Counted from the stretch's first letter, positions 18,184 through 27,717 are shown. The stretch is DNA of 64,000 nt from Dehalococcoidia bacterium (GCA_965220225.1 OZ244813.1:1095560-1159559), one strand, 5' to 3'. Made by a program: numbers and translations. The notes: generated by a model not told the origin, from the sequence alone.

Positions 18184-19281
18184 TTACAGGCCGTACAGCG
18201 CTCGCGGGTTGTCGTACAGGATCTTGGCCTTCGCCTCGTCGCTCACGTCGTCCATCTCCTGGAACACGCGGATGGCGTCCATCGCGCTGGAGACGTCAGT
18301 GTGGCCGTAGTCCGTCCCTATCAGGATGTTGTCCTCGCCGCCGTGTTTCAACACGAAGGGAATGTCGTCTGATATCTCGCAGGTCACGTACACGTTGAAG
18401 TGCTTCAGCACGTTCTCCGGCGGAGGGCCGAGGTTTCGCGCGATGAACCGCTGGCGGACCTCCCGCACGATCCACGGCACCCAGTTCGACGACGCCTCGA
18501 CGAACCCCCAACGCAGCGTGGGGTAGCGCTCCGGCACCTCGCTCACCATGATGACGCCGCACTCCATCACCGTCGGGATGCGGAATGGTGTGAAGCCGCC
18601 GGTGCGGTCGAACGGCGACCGCAGCGTCTGGAGCATCGCGCTGCTGCCGTTGGAGATGTGGATGGCCACTGCAAGGTCGAGCCTCTCCGCCTCCGCGTAG
18701 AGGGGATAGAAGTACGGGTCGACCAGCGTCCGCCCGAGCTCCAGTGGGCGCAGGGCGATGGCGACCGCGCCGTGCTCCTTCGCGTAGCCGGTCTGCTCGA
18801 CCGCCGCCTCGATGTCGAGCGTCGGCATCACGGCACACCATCGGAGGCGTCCGCCGGCCTGCTGCCACACGTCGGCCATCCAGCGGTTCCAACTGCCGCA
18901 GAGGGCGACGTCGGCTTCCGGCACGTCCGTCACCGGCTCTATCCACATCGTGTTATGGAGTACCTGCACGTCGATGCCCAGCTCGTCCATGTGCTGCAAT
19001 CGCTGGGAGACGTCGGACAGCTCGCGCGAGTCCTGGGTCGAGATGAGGTCGCGCCCCACCTGGGCGGAGAGCTTGCGCAGGTGCTCCTGCGTCGGCGTTG
19101 CGTTGCGGTGCCCGCGCACCTTCCCGCCGATCACCCAGTGCCCCTGGTTGGGGTTGTCGGGGTTGACGAACAGCGTTGGCCGGAACTTCTCCTCGTGCGG
19201 CAGGAGGTAGTCCCACGTGTGCTCGGACTCGATGACGTGGGCGTCGCTGTCGATGACCCTTGTCTTCGCCACAGTTGCCAT
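18184..19281 (-). CDS. amidohydrolase family protein (Amidohydro_2)
   Basis: Internal ATG 19281 preceded by aggaggcg. N-terminus VIDSDAHVIESEHTW and GTDYGHTD near the C-terminus. Confidence 0.85.
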   Translation of the reverse strand: MATVAKTRVIDSDAHVIESEHTWDYLLPHEEKFRPTLFVNPDNPNQGHWVIGGKVRGHRNATPTQEHLRKLSAQVGRDLISTQDSRELSDVSQRLQHMDELGIDVQVLHNTMWIEPVTDVPEADVALCGSWNRWMADVWQQAGGRLRWCAVMPTLDIEAAVEQTGYAKEHGAVAIALRPLELGRTLVDPYFYPLYAEAERLDLAVAIHISNGSSAMLQTLRSPFDRTGGFTPFRIPTVMECGVIMVSEVPERYPTLRWGFVEASSNWVPWIVREVRQRFIARNLGPPPENVLKHFNVYVTCEISDDIPFVLKHGGEDNILIGTDYGHTDVSSAMDAIRVFQEMDDVSDEAKAKILYDNPRALYGL

Positions 19282-19411
19282 AAGCGCCTCCTTTACCTCA
19301 GGCGGGGCTGGCAGGCGCATCGTACCCCTGCTCCCCTCTCCCTACAAGCCTGCATGCTCCGTCGCTTCGGCGGTAGGGCGCCGGCGGGAAGCGATGAGCT
19401 GGGCGGGAAGT

Positions 19412-19504
19412 GTCATTCCGAGCGCAGCGCAGCGGAGCCGAGGAATCTCTCGGGGCTTGGTCTGATCCTCTCTCCCTTGAGGGGAGAGGGTCAGGGTGAG
19501 GGTG
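19412..19504 (+). repeat. composite intergenic repeat (family B + family A)
   Basis: gtcattccgagcgcagcgcagcggagccgaggaatctctcgggg, then CCTCTCTCCCttgagGGGAGAGGGtcaGGGTGAGGGTGG. Confidence 0.85.
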
Positions 19505-19537
19505 GACCGGTAGGGCTGGGTGCAAGCCGGCCTCGGC

Positions 19538-20767
19538 CTACTTGCCACGGCCAATCGTGAGGAGCACCAGCAGCGCCGCCCCACTCATCGCCGCGATGTA
19601 CCAGAAGAGCGACTCGAATCCCCAGGCGGCCACGACGATGCCGACCAACAGCGGCCCGATGCCCGTAAAGATGAAGTTCGCTCCGTCCAGCACACCCAGC
19701 GTCGACCCTTCCAGTTTGCGCCCGTGAGCTATGTCGAGCGCCCACGCCTGTACCAGGGGATTGACCACGAAGTTGAATACTCCCATCACGGCAACGAGCA
19801 GCGTGAGCATGATGCCGTGACCGGAGAGCGCTATGGCTGCGGCTATCACTGTCTTGGCGGCAAGCACGATGAAGATGACTGGCATGCGCCCGATGCGGTC
19901 CGACAGGTACCCGAAAGCGGGGTTGGTGACGGTGCCCATGGCCGTGAGTAGGGAGAGGTGGAGCGCGATGCCCAGTTCGTCCATGCCCACGCTTTCCGAC
20001 AGGTATAGGGGCAGCCATAGGAAGAGGCCGCCCTGCCCGAAACCTGCGATCGCCTTGATGGCTATCAGGCGCCAGAGGATGGTGCCGCTGTCCCGGAAGA
20101 GCCCCCGCAATTCACGGAGTTGTTCGAGGATGGGGCGCGCCTCTCCCCTCGAACGTGCGCCGACGTTCTGGAACGCTTCAGAGCGCCGGAGGAGCATCCA
20201 GAGGAAGAACATGAAGATGAGCGCGAGCGGGAACGCTGCAAGGAATATCTGCTGCCAGAGCAGGTACGCCAGAAGGAACCCCGCCAGGAGCGGGCCGGCG
20301 GTGTCGCCTATCGACCCGGCCGAACGGTCGACCGTGATCATGAACCCCCTGCGCTTCGGGTATATCTGGGAGAGCAGCCCGCGCGCGGTGGGATGCCATA
20401 TCGACCCGGCGATGGAGGCAACCATCAGGGCCCCCAGTATCAGCACGTAGGTCGGTGCGGCGCCCACCAGGAGGTACCCCAGACCCATGGCGGTGAGGCT
20501 CAGGTAGAGGATCAAGAGGCGCCGGTGCTGCAGGCGGTCCACAAGGAAGCCGCCCACCGTCGACGAGACTCCGCTGCCGACCTGTCGCACGGTCCCGATC
20601 AGCCCCGCCGTTATCGGGTTGAGCCCCAGCGCCGCGTAGATGGTCGGCAGTATCACCCAGAACGCATGCCCGTACAGGTGCTGCAGCGTATGGCTGGTGA
20701 TGACGGCGCCTGCCGCCACGTGGTCGCGTAGTTCGGGCTCGGTGGAGACTGCGGTTGCTGTGGCCAT
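19538..20767 (-). CDS. MFS transporter
   Basis: 409 aa with about 12 hydrophobic segments and the MFS loop motif ...FLVDRLQHRRLL... Confidence 0.85.
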   Translation of the reverse strand: MATATAVSTEPELRDHVAAGAVITSHTLQHLYGHAFWVILPTIYAALGLNPITAGLIGTVRQVGSGVSSTVGGFLVDRLQHRRLLILYLSLTAMGLGYLLVGAAPTYVLILGALMVASIAGSIWHPTARGLLSQIYPKRRGFMITVDRSAGSIGDTAGPLLAGFLLAYLLWQQIFLAAFPLALIFMFFLWMLLRRSEAFQNVGARSRGEARPILEQLRELRGLFRDSGTILWRLIAIKAIAGFGQGGLFLWLPLYLSESVGMDELGIALHLSLLTAMGTVTNPAFGYLSDRIGRMPVIFIVLAAKTVIAAAIALSGHGIMLTLLVAVMGVFNFVVNPLVQAWALDIAHGRKLEGSTLGVLDGANFIFTGIGPLLVGIVVAAWGFESLFWYIAAMSGAALLVLLTIGRGK

Positions 20768-20858
20768 CGTTCCTCCGCCGCGGTCGCTCTGGGAACTGCA
20801 CTCTACAACCCGGCGATTGTACTACCACCAACAACCCGCTGCGGGTGCATTGCCTTGC

Positions 20859-20897
20859 TCCCCTCGCCTTCTGGGAGAGGGGCCGGGGGTGAGGGTT
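20859..20897 (+). repeat. intergenic repeat, family A (diverged)
   Basis: CTCCCCTCGCCttctGGGAGAGGGgccgGGGGTGAGGGTTG. Confidence 0.65.
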
Positions 20898-20913
20898 GGG
20901 GACGGCGAAGAGG

Positions 20914-22185
20914 TCAGCTCTGGTACCGCACGAGGTCGCGGACCATGATCAGTGCGATGACCAGCGTTACTGCTCCGATGACCGAGCCTACCAGCAGTGC
21001 ATTCGGCGCGAGCAGCGCAGCCGCCATGGCCCCCACGATCACCTGCCCGAGCGAAGGCCCGCCGCGGTTCGAGAGTTGCAGCACTGCAGTCGTGCGGCCT
21101 CGTATATCGTCCGGCACCGCCATCTGCACGATAGTGGAGCGCATGATCGCGCCGATGCCGTCCGTGGCCCCCACCAGCGCAAGCGCCGCGAGGGAGAGCA
21201 GGAAGTTGGTCGACAGTGCGAACAGCACCATGGAGACGAGATAGGCGGCGTAGGAGCCCACGACCATGGCGCCCTTGTGCTTGAAGTCGCCGAGGAGCAG
21301 CAGCGCGCCGGAACCCAGCAGGAACCCGGCGGCTGGCGCTGAAAAGAGCAGGCCGTAGCCGAACGGACCGGTCTCCAGTATCTCCTCGAACACGGGCATG
21401 AGTCCCCGGTGGTGTGTGAACAACATCGCGACGATGTCCAGCAGCATCATCACGAGTATCACGTGCGTACTGAAGACGAAGCGGAACCCCGCGAGCATCG
21501 AACGTACGTCCATGCGCCGTCGCCCGGCCGATGCGTCGGGGGGCATCGGGCTGACGAGGAACAGCATCCCGACGGTCGGGATGAACACTACGAAGACCGA
21601 GGCGTACGTCCAACCCGGCCCGACCAGGCCGATGAGCAGCCCGCCGATGGCGGGGCCGATGAGCATGGAGGCGTGGCGGGCTGCCTGGTTCATCGTGATG
21701 GCGTTCATCATGTGGGTACGCGGCACGAGACGGGGCAGCATCGCCATCCGCGCAGGCCCCTCGAACGTGTTCACCGCGGAGGTGACGAGCGTGGTCGTGT
21801 AGATGTGCCATACCGCGATGTTGTCAGTGAGCATGAGCGTCGCGAGCACGCCTGCGAGCGCGAAGTTGCCCGTCTGCGTCAGGATTAACAGAGTCCGGCG
21901 GTCGACGATGTCCGCTATCGAACCCCCGATGAACACGAGGATGAGCATCGGCGCGAACTGGAAGATGCCGAGCAGGCCGAGGCTGAGCGTGGAGCCTGTG
22001 AGCTCCCAGATCACCCACAGGTTGGTCACCTGCCGTATCTGGAAGCCCATGAATCCGACGACGAAACTGACGAGCACCCAGCGGAAGTCAGGGAACGCGA
22101 ACGACCCCCACGGTCTGACCCTGGTGGCGCCGGGCGCGGGCTCATCGGTGTCTGTTCGTTGGTCCGGGGGTTCGGGCACGCGCAC
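20914..22185 (-). CDS. MFS transporter (EntS/DUF894-like)
   Basis: The hydrophobic body starts at ...FPDFRWVLVSFVVGFMG. The listed ORF extends to 22497, but that extension overlaps the divergent gene and is Pro/Arg-rich. Start is uncertain (GTG 22185 chosen). Confidence 0.7.
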   Translation of the reverse strand: MRVPEPPDQRTDTDEPAPGATRVRPWGSFAFPDFRWVLVSFVVGFMGFQIRQVTNLWVIWELTGSTLSLGLLGIFQFAPMLILVFIGGSIADIVDRRTLLILTQTGNFALAGVLATLMLTDNIAVWHIYTTTLVTSAVNTFEGPARMAMLPRLVPRTHMMNAITMNQAARHASMLIGPAIGGLLIGLVGPGWTYASVFVVFIPTVGMLFLVSPMPPDASAGRRRMDVRSMLAGFRFVFSTHVILVMMLLDIVAMLFTHHRGLMPVFEEILETGPFGYGLLFSAPAAGFLLGSGALLLLGDFKHKGAMVVGSYAAYLVSMVLFALSTNFLLSLAALALVGATDGIGAIMRSTIVQMAVPDDIRGRTTAVLQLSNRGGPSLGQVIVGAMAAALLAPNALLVGSVIGAVTLVIALIMVRDLVRYQS

Positions 22186-22303
22186 CCACTGGGGGAGGAT
22201 GTTCCTATAGTAGGGGTGAGCGGGATAAGGGACAATCCGGGTTGCTGGCGTCGCGTTCAAGAGCGGTATGATTCCCGTCGGAGTTTCTGCGAAGGAGAAC
22301 GGC

Positions 22304-23260
22304 ATGACCCAACAGTCCGTACCCGGTATCCGGTTCGGAGCGTCGTGGTCCACGCAGTTCCGGTTCACGCAGGCCATAGGACGGGGACTCGCTGAGATGA
22401 AGCGGGTCGATGCGTCTGTGCACGTCCTGGGGCCCGGCGGCATGGCAGCGCTGGCCGACGGCCGGATCGACGTGGTCTTCTCCAAGTGGGTGGTCAACGA
22501 GCACCGCTACTCCGGCAGGGGCATCTACTCCGGAGACAAGCCGGACGACTGGCTGCGGACCATAGCGTGGCTCCCGCAGGAGGACCGCTTCCTCTTCGCG
22601 ATGGCGCCGTGGACGGGCATCGAGTCGTTTGAGCAACTCGTGGAAGAGAAGCCGGCGCTGCACATGGCCGGCAGCGGCGCCGAGGTCGTGCTCCGGGAGT
22701 ACGGCTTCAGCTACGCCGACATCGAGAAGTGGGGCGGCTCGGTGAGCCGCATGGAGCACACGGCGCGTGACGCGAAGGCGCGCTACGACGCCGGCCAACT
22801 CGACGCCTTCTGGGGCGACGGCAGCGCCTACGACTTCTCGGCCTGGCCGTGGGTTGGCTCGCGCGGCTACCGCTTCCTCGACATCAACGAGGACGTCATG
22901 CGGCGGCTCGAGGCGAAAGGCCTGCGTCGGCAGGTGACGCCCGCCGGTTTCGTACCCGGCATCGACCGCACGCTCACCGCGCTGGACGACTCCCACATCG
23001 TGCTGACGTGCCGTGCCGACCTCGACGACGAGCTCGCCTACCTGCTCGCCAAGGCGGTAGACGACAACAAGCGCGACATCGAGCTCACGTCCATCCAGAT
23101 CGACTACGACAACGGCGAAGCCGGAGGACTGCCGATGATCAGGCCGACGTACTGGTCGTCGCTCACGGGACCCATCGGCCGGCAGTGGGACGAGACGATC
23201 ACCGGCGCGCCATTGCACGACGGCGCGAGGCGCTACTACGAGGAGCAGGGCTACCTGTAG
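22304..23260 (+). CDS. TAXI-family (TRAP-associated) solute-binding-protein-like protein without a signal peptide
   Basis: ATG 22304 preceded by gaaggaga. The C-terminus ...APLHDGARRYYEEQGYL resembles the TAXI receptor tail. There is no N-terminal hydrophobic leader. Confidence 0.6.
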   Translation: MTQQSVPGIRFGASWSTQFRFTQAIGRGLAEMKRVDASVHVLGPGGMAALADGRIDVVFSKWVVNEHRYSGRGIYSGDKPDDWLRTIAWLPQEDRFLFAMAPWTGIESFEQLVEEKPALHMAGSGAEVVLREYGFSYADIEKWGGSVSRMEHTARDAKARYDAGQLDAFWGDGSAYDFSAWPWVGSRGYRFLDINEDVMRRLEAKGLRRQVTPAGFVPGIDRTLTALDDSHIVLTCRADLDDELAYLLAKAVDDNKRDIELTSIQIDYDNGEAGGLPMIRPTYWSSLTGPIGRQWDETITGAPLHDGARRYYEEQGYL

Positions 23261-23271
23261 GCCGCTGTGTG

Positions 23272-23802
23272 CTACTGCTCCGCCGACGGCTTCACGGCCA
23301 TCGGCAGCCCTGCGGCCATGAAGTACACAGCGTCCGCCTCGGCGGCCACCAACTGGTTCGCGCGGCCCAACTCGTCGGCGAAGGCACGGCCCAACTCGGT
23401 CATCGGGACCACGCCGAGCCCTACCTCGTTGCTGACCACGGTCCAGGAGGCATCGCTCTCCCTGCACAGCTCCAGCAGCCGCTCGACCTCCGAAGGGATG
23501 TCGTAGCCGTTGCCGCTCAGCAGCAGGTTGCTGATCCACAGCGTCAGGCAGTCGAGCAGTACCGTGTCGTAGCGATGTAGTACGGGCGCGAGCGCAGCCA
23601 CGAGGTCGATCGGCTCTTCGAGCGTGTCCCAGTCCGCCGGACGACTCGCCTGGTGCGCCCGGATGCGCGCCTCCATCTCGGCATCGCCCGCCTCGGCCGT
23701 CGCCACGAAGAGCAAGCGCTGGCCCTGCGCAGCGAGTCGCTGTGCGTAGCTGCTCTTCCCGGCGCGTACGCCGCCCAGTATGAGTGTCAGCCTCCTGCTC
23801 AT
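23272..23802 (-). CDS. cobU: bifunctional adenosylcobinamide kinase / adenosylcobinamide-phosphate guanylyltransferase
   Basis: P-loop LILGGVRAGKSSYA. 176 aa. Overlaps the cobC stop by 4 nt. Confidence 0.9.
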   Translation of the reverse strand: MSRRLTLILGGVRAGKSSYAQRLAAQGQRLLFVATAEAGDAEMEARIRAHQASRPADWDTLEEPIDLVAALAPVLHRYDTVLLDCLTLWISNLLLSGNGYDIPSEVERLLELCRESDASWTVVSNEVGLGVVPMTELGRAFADELGRANQLVAAEADAVYFMAAGLPMAVKPSAEQ

Positions 23803-24449
23803 CCCTTCATCCCCTGGCCTCCCGGCGGTGCAGCGACCTCATTACACAGCTCCAGGACACGCCCCCCGGGATGGTTGCTCACGATGGAGAGGCTGCCCCG
23901 ATCGACCTTGAACCGCCAGAACATGTCGTCCGGCATCTCCAGCAGGCAGACGAGCAGCGCGCGTATCGACCCTCCGTGCGCTACGACCAGCACATCCTCG
24001 GAAGGCTCATGTCGTGCGAATGCGCCGTCGTAGAAGCGCCGGACGCGGTTCAGCAGTTGGTGGGTGTCCTCGCCTCCCGGGCCGGCGAACGCATCGCTGC
24101 TCAGTGCCATCCGGCGGACGTAGTCCTGCGGGTCCCGTGCCGCGGCTTCCTCCGCGGTCAGCCCTTCCCACGTCCCGTAGGAGAACTCACGGAGGTCGGC
24201 GTCGGTCTGGATGGAGGTGCTGCGCCCTTCCAGGATGGTCCGGGCGCTCTCGATGGCCCGCGACAGGTCGCTGGCGTAGGCGGCGGAGAAGCTGCGCCCG
24301 GCGAGACTCTTCGCCAGCCTGTGCATCTGCTGCCTGCCTGGGTCGCTCAGGCCAGCGTCCGCGTGGCCCTGGATGCGTCCTTCCCGGCTCCACTCCGTCT
24401 CGCCGTGGCGCACGAGGTACCAGCGGCCCGTCTCCTTCTCCTGCGTCAC
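23799..24449 (-). CDS. cobC: histidine-phosphatase family protein, probable alpha-ribazole phosphatase
   Basis: RHGETEW motif. GTG start overlaps the cobS TAG by 1 nt (an alternative GTG lies 12 nt upstream). Confidence 0.8.
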   Translation of the reverse strand: MTQEKETGRWYLVRHGETEWSREGRIQGHADAGLSDPGRQQMHRLAKSLAGRSFSAAYASDLSRAIESARTILEGRSTSIQTDADLREFSYGTWEGLTAEEAAARDPQDYVRRMALSSDAFAGPGGEDTHQLLNRVRRFYDGAFARHEPSEDVLVVAHGGSIRALLVCLLEMPDDMFWRFKVDRGSLSIVSNHPGGRVLELCNEVAAPPGGQGMKG

Positions 24450-25216
24450 TACATACCCCACAGCCGCGTTTCGAACAGCCCCGCAGCCAGGTGGAGCAGA
24501 ACGATGCCGCCGGACAGTACGGCCACCTCGCCCACCTCGTTCACCGCCCCGTAGGTGTCGCCGGTCATGCCCCCCAGCAACCCGGTGACCCACCGCCCCA
24601 TCGCCAGCGCCATGACGACAACCGCACCCAGCAGCACCAGCCCTGCGAGTCCGCTCAGCAGCGCGCCTGCGGTGGCGGCGGTGGCAAAGCCGAATGCCAT
24701 CTGCCACCTGCGGCGTCCCTCCTGGAACGATCTGCCGAGCCCCTGCTGCCTGGCGTAGGGGAAGGCGCCCATCGCCGCCAGCATCCCGAACCGCGATATG
24801 CACGGGAACAGCACGAGGAGGGCGGTGCGCTCCTCATCCGGAATGCCCGCGATGAGGCTCCACTTCAGCAGCAACAGGCTCGCACCGCCGATCACTGCGA
24901 ATGCGCCGACGTGCGGGTCGCTGAGTATCTCCAGTCGCCTCGCCCTGTCGTAACCGCCGAACAGCCCGTCACAGGAATCGAGGAATCCCTCGGTATGGAT
25001 GCCCCGTGTCAGCACCAGCAGCGCGACTACCAACAGCGCGCTCACCGCCAGGGGCGGCAGCGCCTGCCTTGCGATGAGGTCGAAACCTGCGAGGATGCCG
25101 CCGAGCGCCAGCCCCACGAGTGGGAAGTACGCGCGTGCAGGCCCCATCCGCGCTGTACCGGCGGGCGCGAGCGGAAGCACCGTGAGGAACCCGATGGCCT
25201 GCCGCAATCCGCTCAC
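24449..25216 (-). CDS. cobS: adenosylcobinamide-GDP ribazoletransferase (cobalamin synthase)
   Basis: GTG 25216 overlaps the cobT TGA (GTGA). N-terminus VSGLRQAIGFLTVLP...; polytopic membrane protein. Confidence 0.88.
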   Translation of the reverse strand: MSGLRQAIGFLTVLPLAPAGTARMGPARAYFPLVGLALGGILAGFDLIARQALPPLAVSALLVVALLVLTRGIHTEGFLDSCDGLFGGYDRARRLEILSDPHVGAFAVIGGASLLLLKWSLIAGIPDEERTALLVLFPCISRFGMLAAMGAFPYARQQGLGRSFQEGRRRWQMAFGFATAATAGALLSGLAGLVLLGAVVVMALAMGRWVTGLLGGMTGDTYGAVNEVGEVAVLSGGIVLLHLAAGLFETRLWGM

Positions 25217-26280
25217 GGTCCGTCCTCGCCTGCGCTGCCGGAGACGCCGGCTTCGGAGAAAGTCGCCATCTCCGCCAGGCAAGATACTGCGGCCTCGATG
25301 AGGCTCATGGCCAGCACTGCGCCCGTGCCCTCCCCCAGCCGCATGCCGAGGTCGAGCAGCGGGCGTAGTTCCATGTGCGACAGCGCGATGCGATGTCCCG
25401 GCTCGACCGACAGGTGCGAGGCGACGATATAGGCGGCGGCGTGTGGACACAGGCTGTTGGCGATGAGTCCCGCGGCGGTGGAGACGAACCCGTCGAGCAC
25501 CACTACCCGGCGTGCGAGCGCCCCTCCCAGCACGACCCCTGCGAGCACGCCGATCTCGAACCCGCCGACCTTCGCGAGCACGTCCAGCCCGTCGGCGGGG
25601 TCAGGCCGGTTCACTTCGAGAGCGCGCTCCACGACAGAGACCTTGTGTGCGAGTTCCTTGTCGTTGCGCCCCGTTCCCCTGCCGGTCGTTTCTCCGGGTG
25701 GACTGCCGGTCAGCACCGCGGTGATGGCGCTCGCAGCAGTGGTGTTGCCGATCCCCATCTCGCCTGCGCCGATGATGTCGGCGCCGCTCTCGGCAACCTC
25801 CAGTGCGAGGGCGACTCCGGCATTGACGCACTGCTCTGCCTGCTCCCGCGACATTGCCGGGCCTTGCGTCATGTCCGCGGTGCCGCGCCCTGCGGCGACG
25901 GTGCGGAGGTCGGCGTGCTCCGGCAACGGCGTGGCCATTCCGGCGTCGACGATGACGAGATCGACGCCGGCCCTTCGCGCCATGACACTGATGGCGGCGC
26001 CGCCCGTCAGGAAGTTCAGCACCATCTGCGCGGTGACTTCCTGCGGGTAACCCGTGACGCTTTGGGCAACCACGCCGTGGTCGGCGGCGGCGACGATGAT
26101 CGCCTTGCCTCTCGTCGCGGGCCGTTCGGTCTGGAATACGCCCGCCAGTTGGGTGGAGAGTTCTTCCAGCCGCCCCAGGCTGCCGGGCGGCTTCGTGAGG
26201 CGTGCCTGCCGGAGTTCGGCTGATCGCTGAGCGCGGCTATCGACCGGTTCGATGCGCGCAAGTACATCGTCGAGGTCCAT
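25213..26280 (-). CDS. cobT: nicotinate-nucleotide--dimethylbenzimidazole phosphoribosyltransferase
   Basis: Internal ATG 26280 (MDLDDVLARIEP...). Motifs LTKPPGSLGRLEEL and GEMGIGNTTAASA. Confidence 0.92.
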   Translation of the reverse strand: MDLDDVLARIEPVDSRAQRSAELRQARLTKPPGSLGRLEELSTQLAGVFQTERPATRGKAIIVAAADHGVVAQSVTGYPQEVTAQMVLNFLTGGAAISVMARRAGVDLVIVDAGMATPLPEHADLRTVAAGRGTADMTQGPAMSREQAEQCVNAGVALALEVAESGADIIGAGEMGIGNTTAASAITAVLTGSPPGETTGRGTGRNDKELAHKVSVVERALEVNRPDPADGLDVLAKVGGFEIGVLAGVVLGGALARRVVVLDGFVSTAAGLIANSLCPHAAAYIVASHLSVEPGHRIALSHMELRPLLDLGMRLGEGTGAVLAMSLIEAAVSCLAEMATFSEAGVSGSAGEDGP

Positions 26281-26282
26281 CG

Positions 26283-26855
26283 CTAGAACTCGATGCCCTG
26301 CTGGGCCTTGATGCCCTGCGTCTCGTACGGGTGCTTGACCATCCGCATCTCGGTGACGAGGTCCGCGAAGTCGACCAGCTCCTGCGGGGCGTAGCGGCCC
26401 GTGATGATGACGTGCAGCGTGTTCGGACGCTGCTTCAGCGTCTCGATGACCTCGTCGACGGCGACCCACCCGTAGTGCATGGCATAGGTGAACTCGTCCA
26501 GGATGATGATGTCTTCATTGCCCTGCAGGATGGCCTCCCTGCATCGGCCCCACTGTTCCACCGCGAGCGCCGTCGTGCGGTCCATGTCTTTGGAGAGCCA
26601 GGTGAAGCCGTCGCCCAGCGCCTCGATGCGGATGCCGAGCCGCTCGGCAGCCCGCTGTTCTCCGAACCGCGCGCCGGTGTGCTTGATGAACTGGAACATC
26701 CTCACCCGGAAGTTCCGTCCCCATGCCCGGAACAATACGCCGAGCGCGGCAGTCGTCTTGCCCTTCCCCTCGCCGGTGTTGACGATGACGAGGCCGTGCC
26801 GCTCGCGTCGGCGTCCGGTCGGACGCCCCGCCCCTTCTGGCGCCTCTTCGCTCAC
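26283..26855 (-). CDS. cobO: cob(I)yrinic acid a,c-diamide adenosyltransferase
   Basis: P-loop NTGEGKGKTTAALG. C-terminus ...VTEMRMVKHPYETQGIKAQQGIEF. Confidence 0.92.
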   Translation of the reverse strand: MSEEAPEGAGRPTGRRRERHGLVIVNTGEGKGKTTAALGVLFRAWGRNFRVRMFQFIKHTGARFGEQRAAERLGIRIEALGDGFTWLSKDMDRTTALAVEQWGRCREAILQGNEDIIILDEFTYAMHYGWVAVDEVIETLKQRPNTLHVIITGRYAPQELVDFADLVTEMRMVKHPYETQGIKAQQGIEF

Positions 26856-26870
26856 GCTCTCCTCCCTGCG

Positions 26871-27713
26871 CTACCGCGGCATCTCTGCCGCAACCTTCCC
26901 GGAAGACGACGTGGTTGACTCTGCCGGGCCGATCAGGCTTATCGCGAGTGCGCCGGTCACCGGATCGGGGTAGACGGCGCACCGCACGCCGAAGGCGGAC
27001 TCGATGGCTCCCGGCGTCAGGACCTCCTCGGGAGTGCCTTCGGCAAGCACCCGCCCCTCGCTCAGCAGCACGAGGCTGTCGCAGTAGCGTGCCGCCATCT
27101 GCAGGTCGTGGATCGCTGCGACGGCGGTCAGCCCGTCGTCGACGAGTTGACGCACCAGGTCGAGCACCTTGAGTTGGTGGAACACGTCCAGGTTGGAGGT
27201 TGGCTCGTCCAACAGCAGAACGCGGGGTTGCTGGGCGAGCGCGCGCGACACGAACACCCGCTGGCGTTCTCCCCCCGACAGCGTGTCGAGGGTTCTGTCG
27301 GCGAACTCTTCCGTGTCGGTCTGGCGCATCGCGTCGTGGGCGATGCGGTTGTCCTCCCTGCCCTCTATCTGGAAGCGCCCGAGGTGCGGGTATCTCCCCA
27401 TGAGCACGAGCTCGAACGACGTGAAGCCGTGCGTGTAGGGCGCGATCTGGGAGACGAGTCCCATGCCGGCGGCGACGTCCCTGGAGGACATGGACCGCAG
27501 GTCCGCTCCCTCCAACCGGACAGCTCCGTGCTGATGGCGGAGCATGCCGGATAGGGCCCGCAGCAGCGTGGACTTCCCTGCGCCGTTGGGGCCGATCACG
27601 CCGACGAAGCGCCCCCGGTCGGCGGCGAGGTGAACGCCGTCCAGCAGTATCTTCGCCTCGACGCTGTAGGAGATGTCCTCGGCGGTGATCGCCGGTTGTT
27701 CCCGTCCGTTCAT
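26871..27713 (-). CDS. btuD: ABC transporter ATP-binding protein (FecE/BtuD type)
   Basis: Walker A GPNGAGKST, signature LSGGERQR, Walker B LLLDEPT. The symbol is inferred from the riboswitch/cob context. Confidence 0.85.
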   Translation of the reverse strand: MNGREQPAITAEDISYSVEAKILLDGVHLAADRGRFVGVIGPNGAGKSTLLRALSGMLRHQHGAVRLEGADLRSMSSRDVAAGMGLVSQIAPYTHGFTSFELVLMGRYPHLGRFQIEGREDNRIAHDAMRQTDTEEFADRTLDTLSGGERQRVFVSRALAQQPRVLLLDEPTSNLDVFHQLKVLDLVRQLVDDGLTAVAAIHDLQMAARYCDSLVLLSEGRVLAEGTPEEVLTPGAIESAFGVRCAVYPDPVTGALAISLIGPAESTTSSSGKVAAEMPR

Positions 27714-27717
27714 CCTG

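Noticed and set aside
20914-22497. The full 527-aa version of the second MFS ORF.
   Set aside because: The first 100 or so residues are non-hydrophobic and Pro/Arg/Thr-rich, and they overlap the divergently transcribed TAXI-like gene and its RBS. The MFS body begins near FPDFRW.
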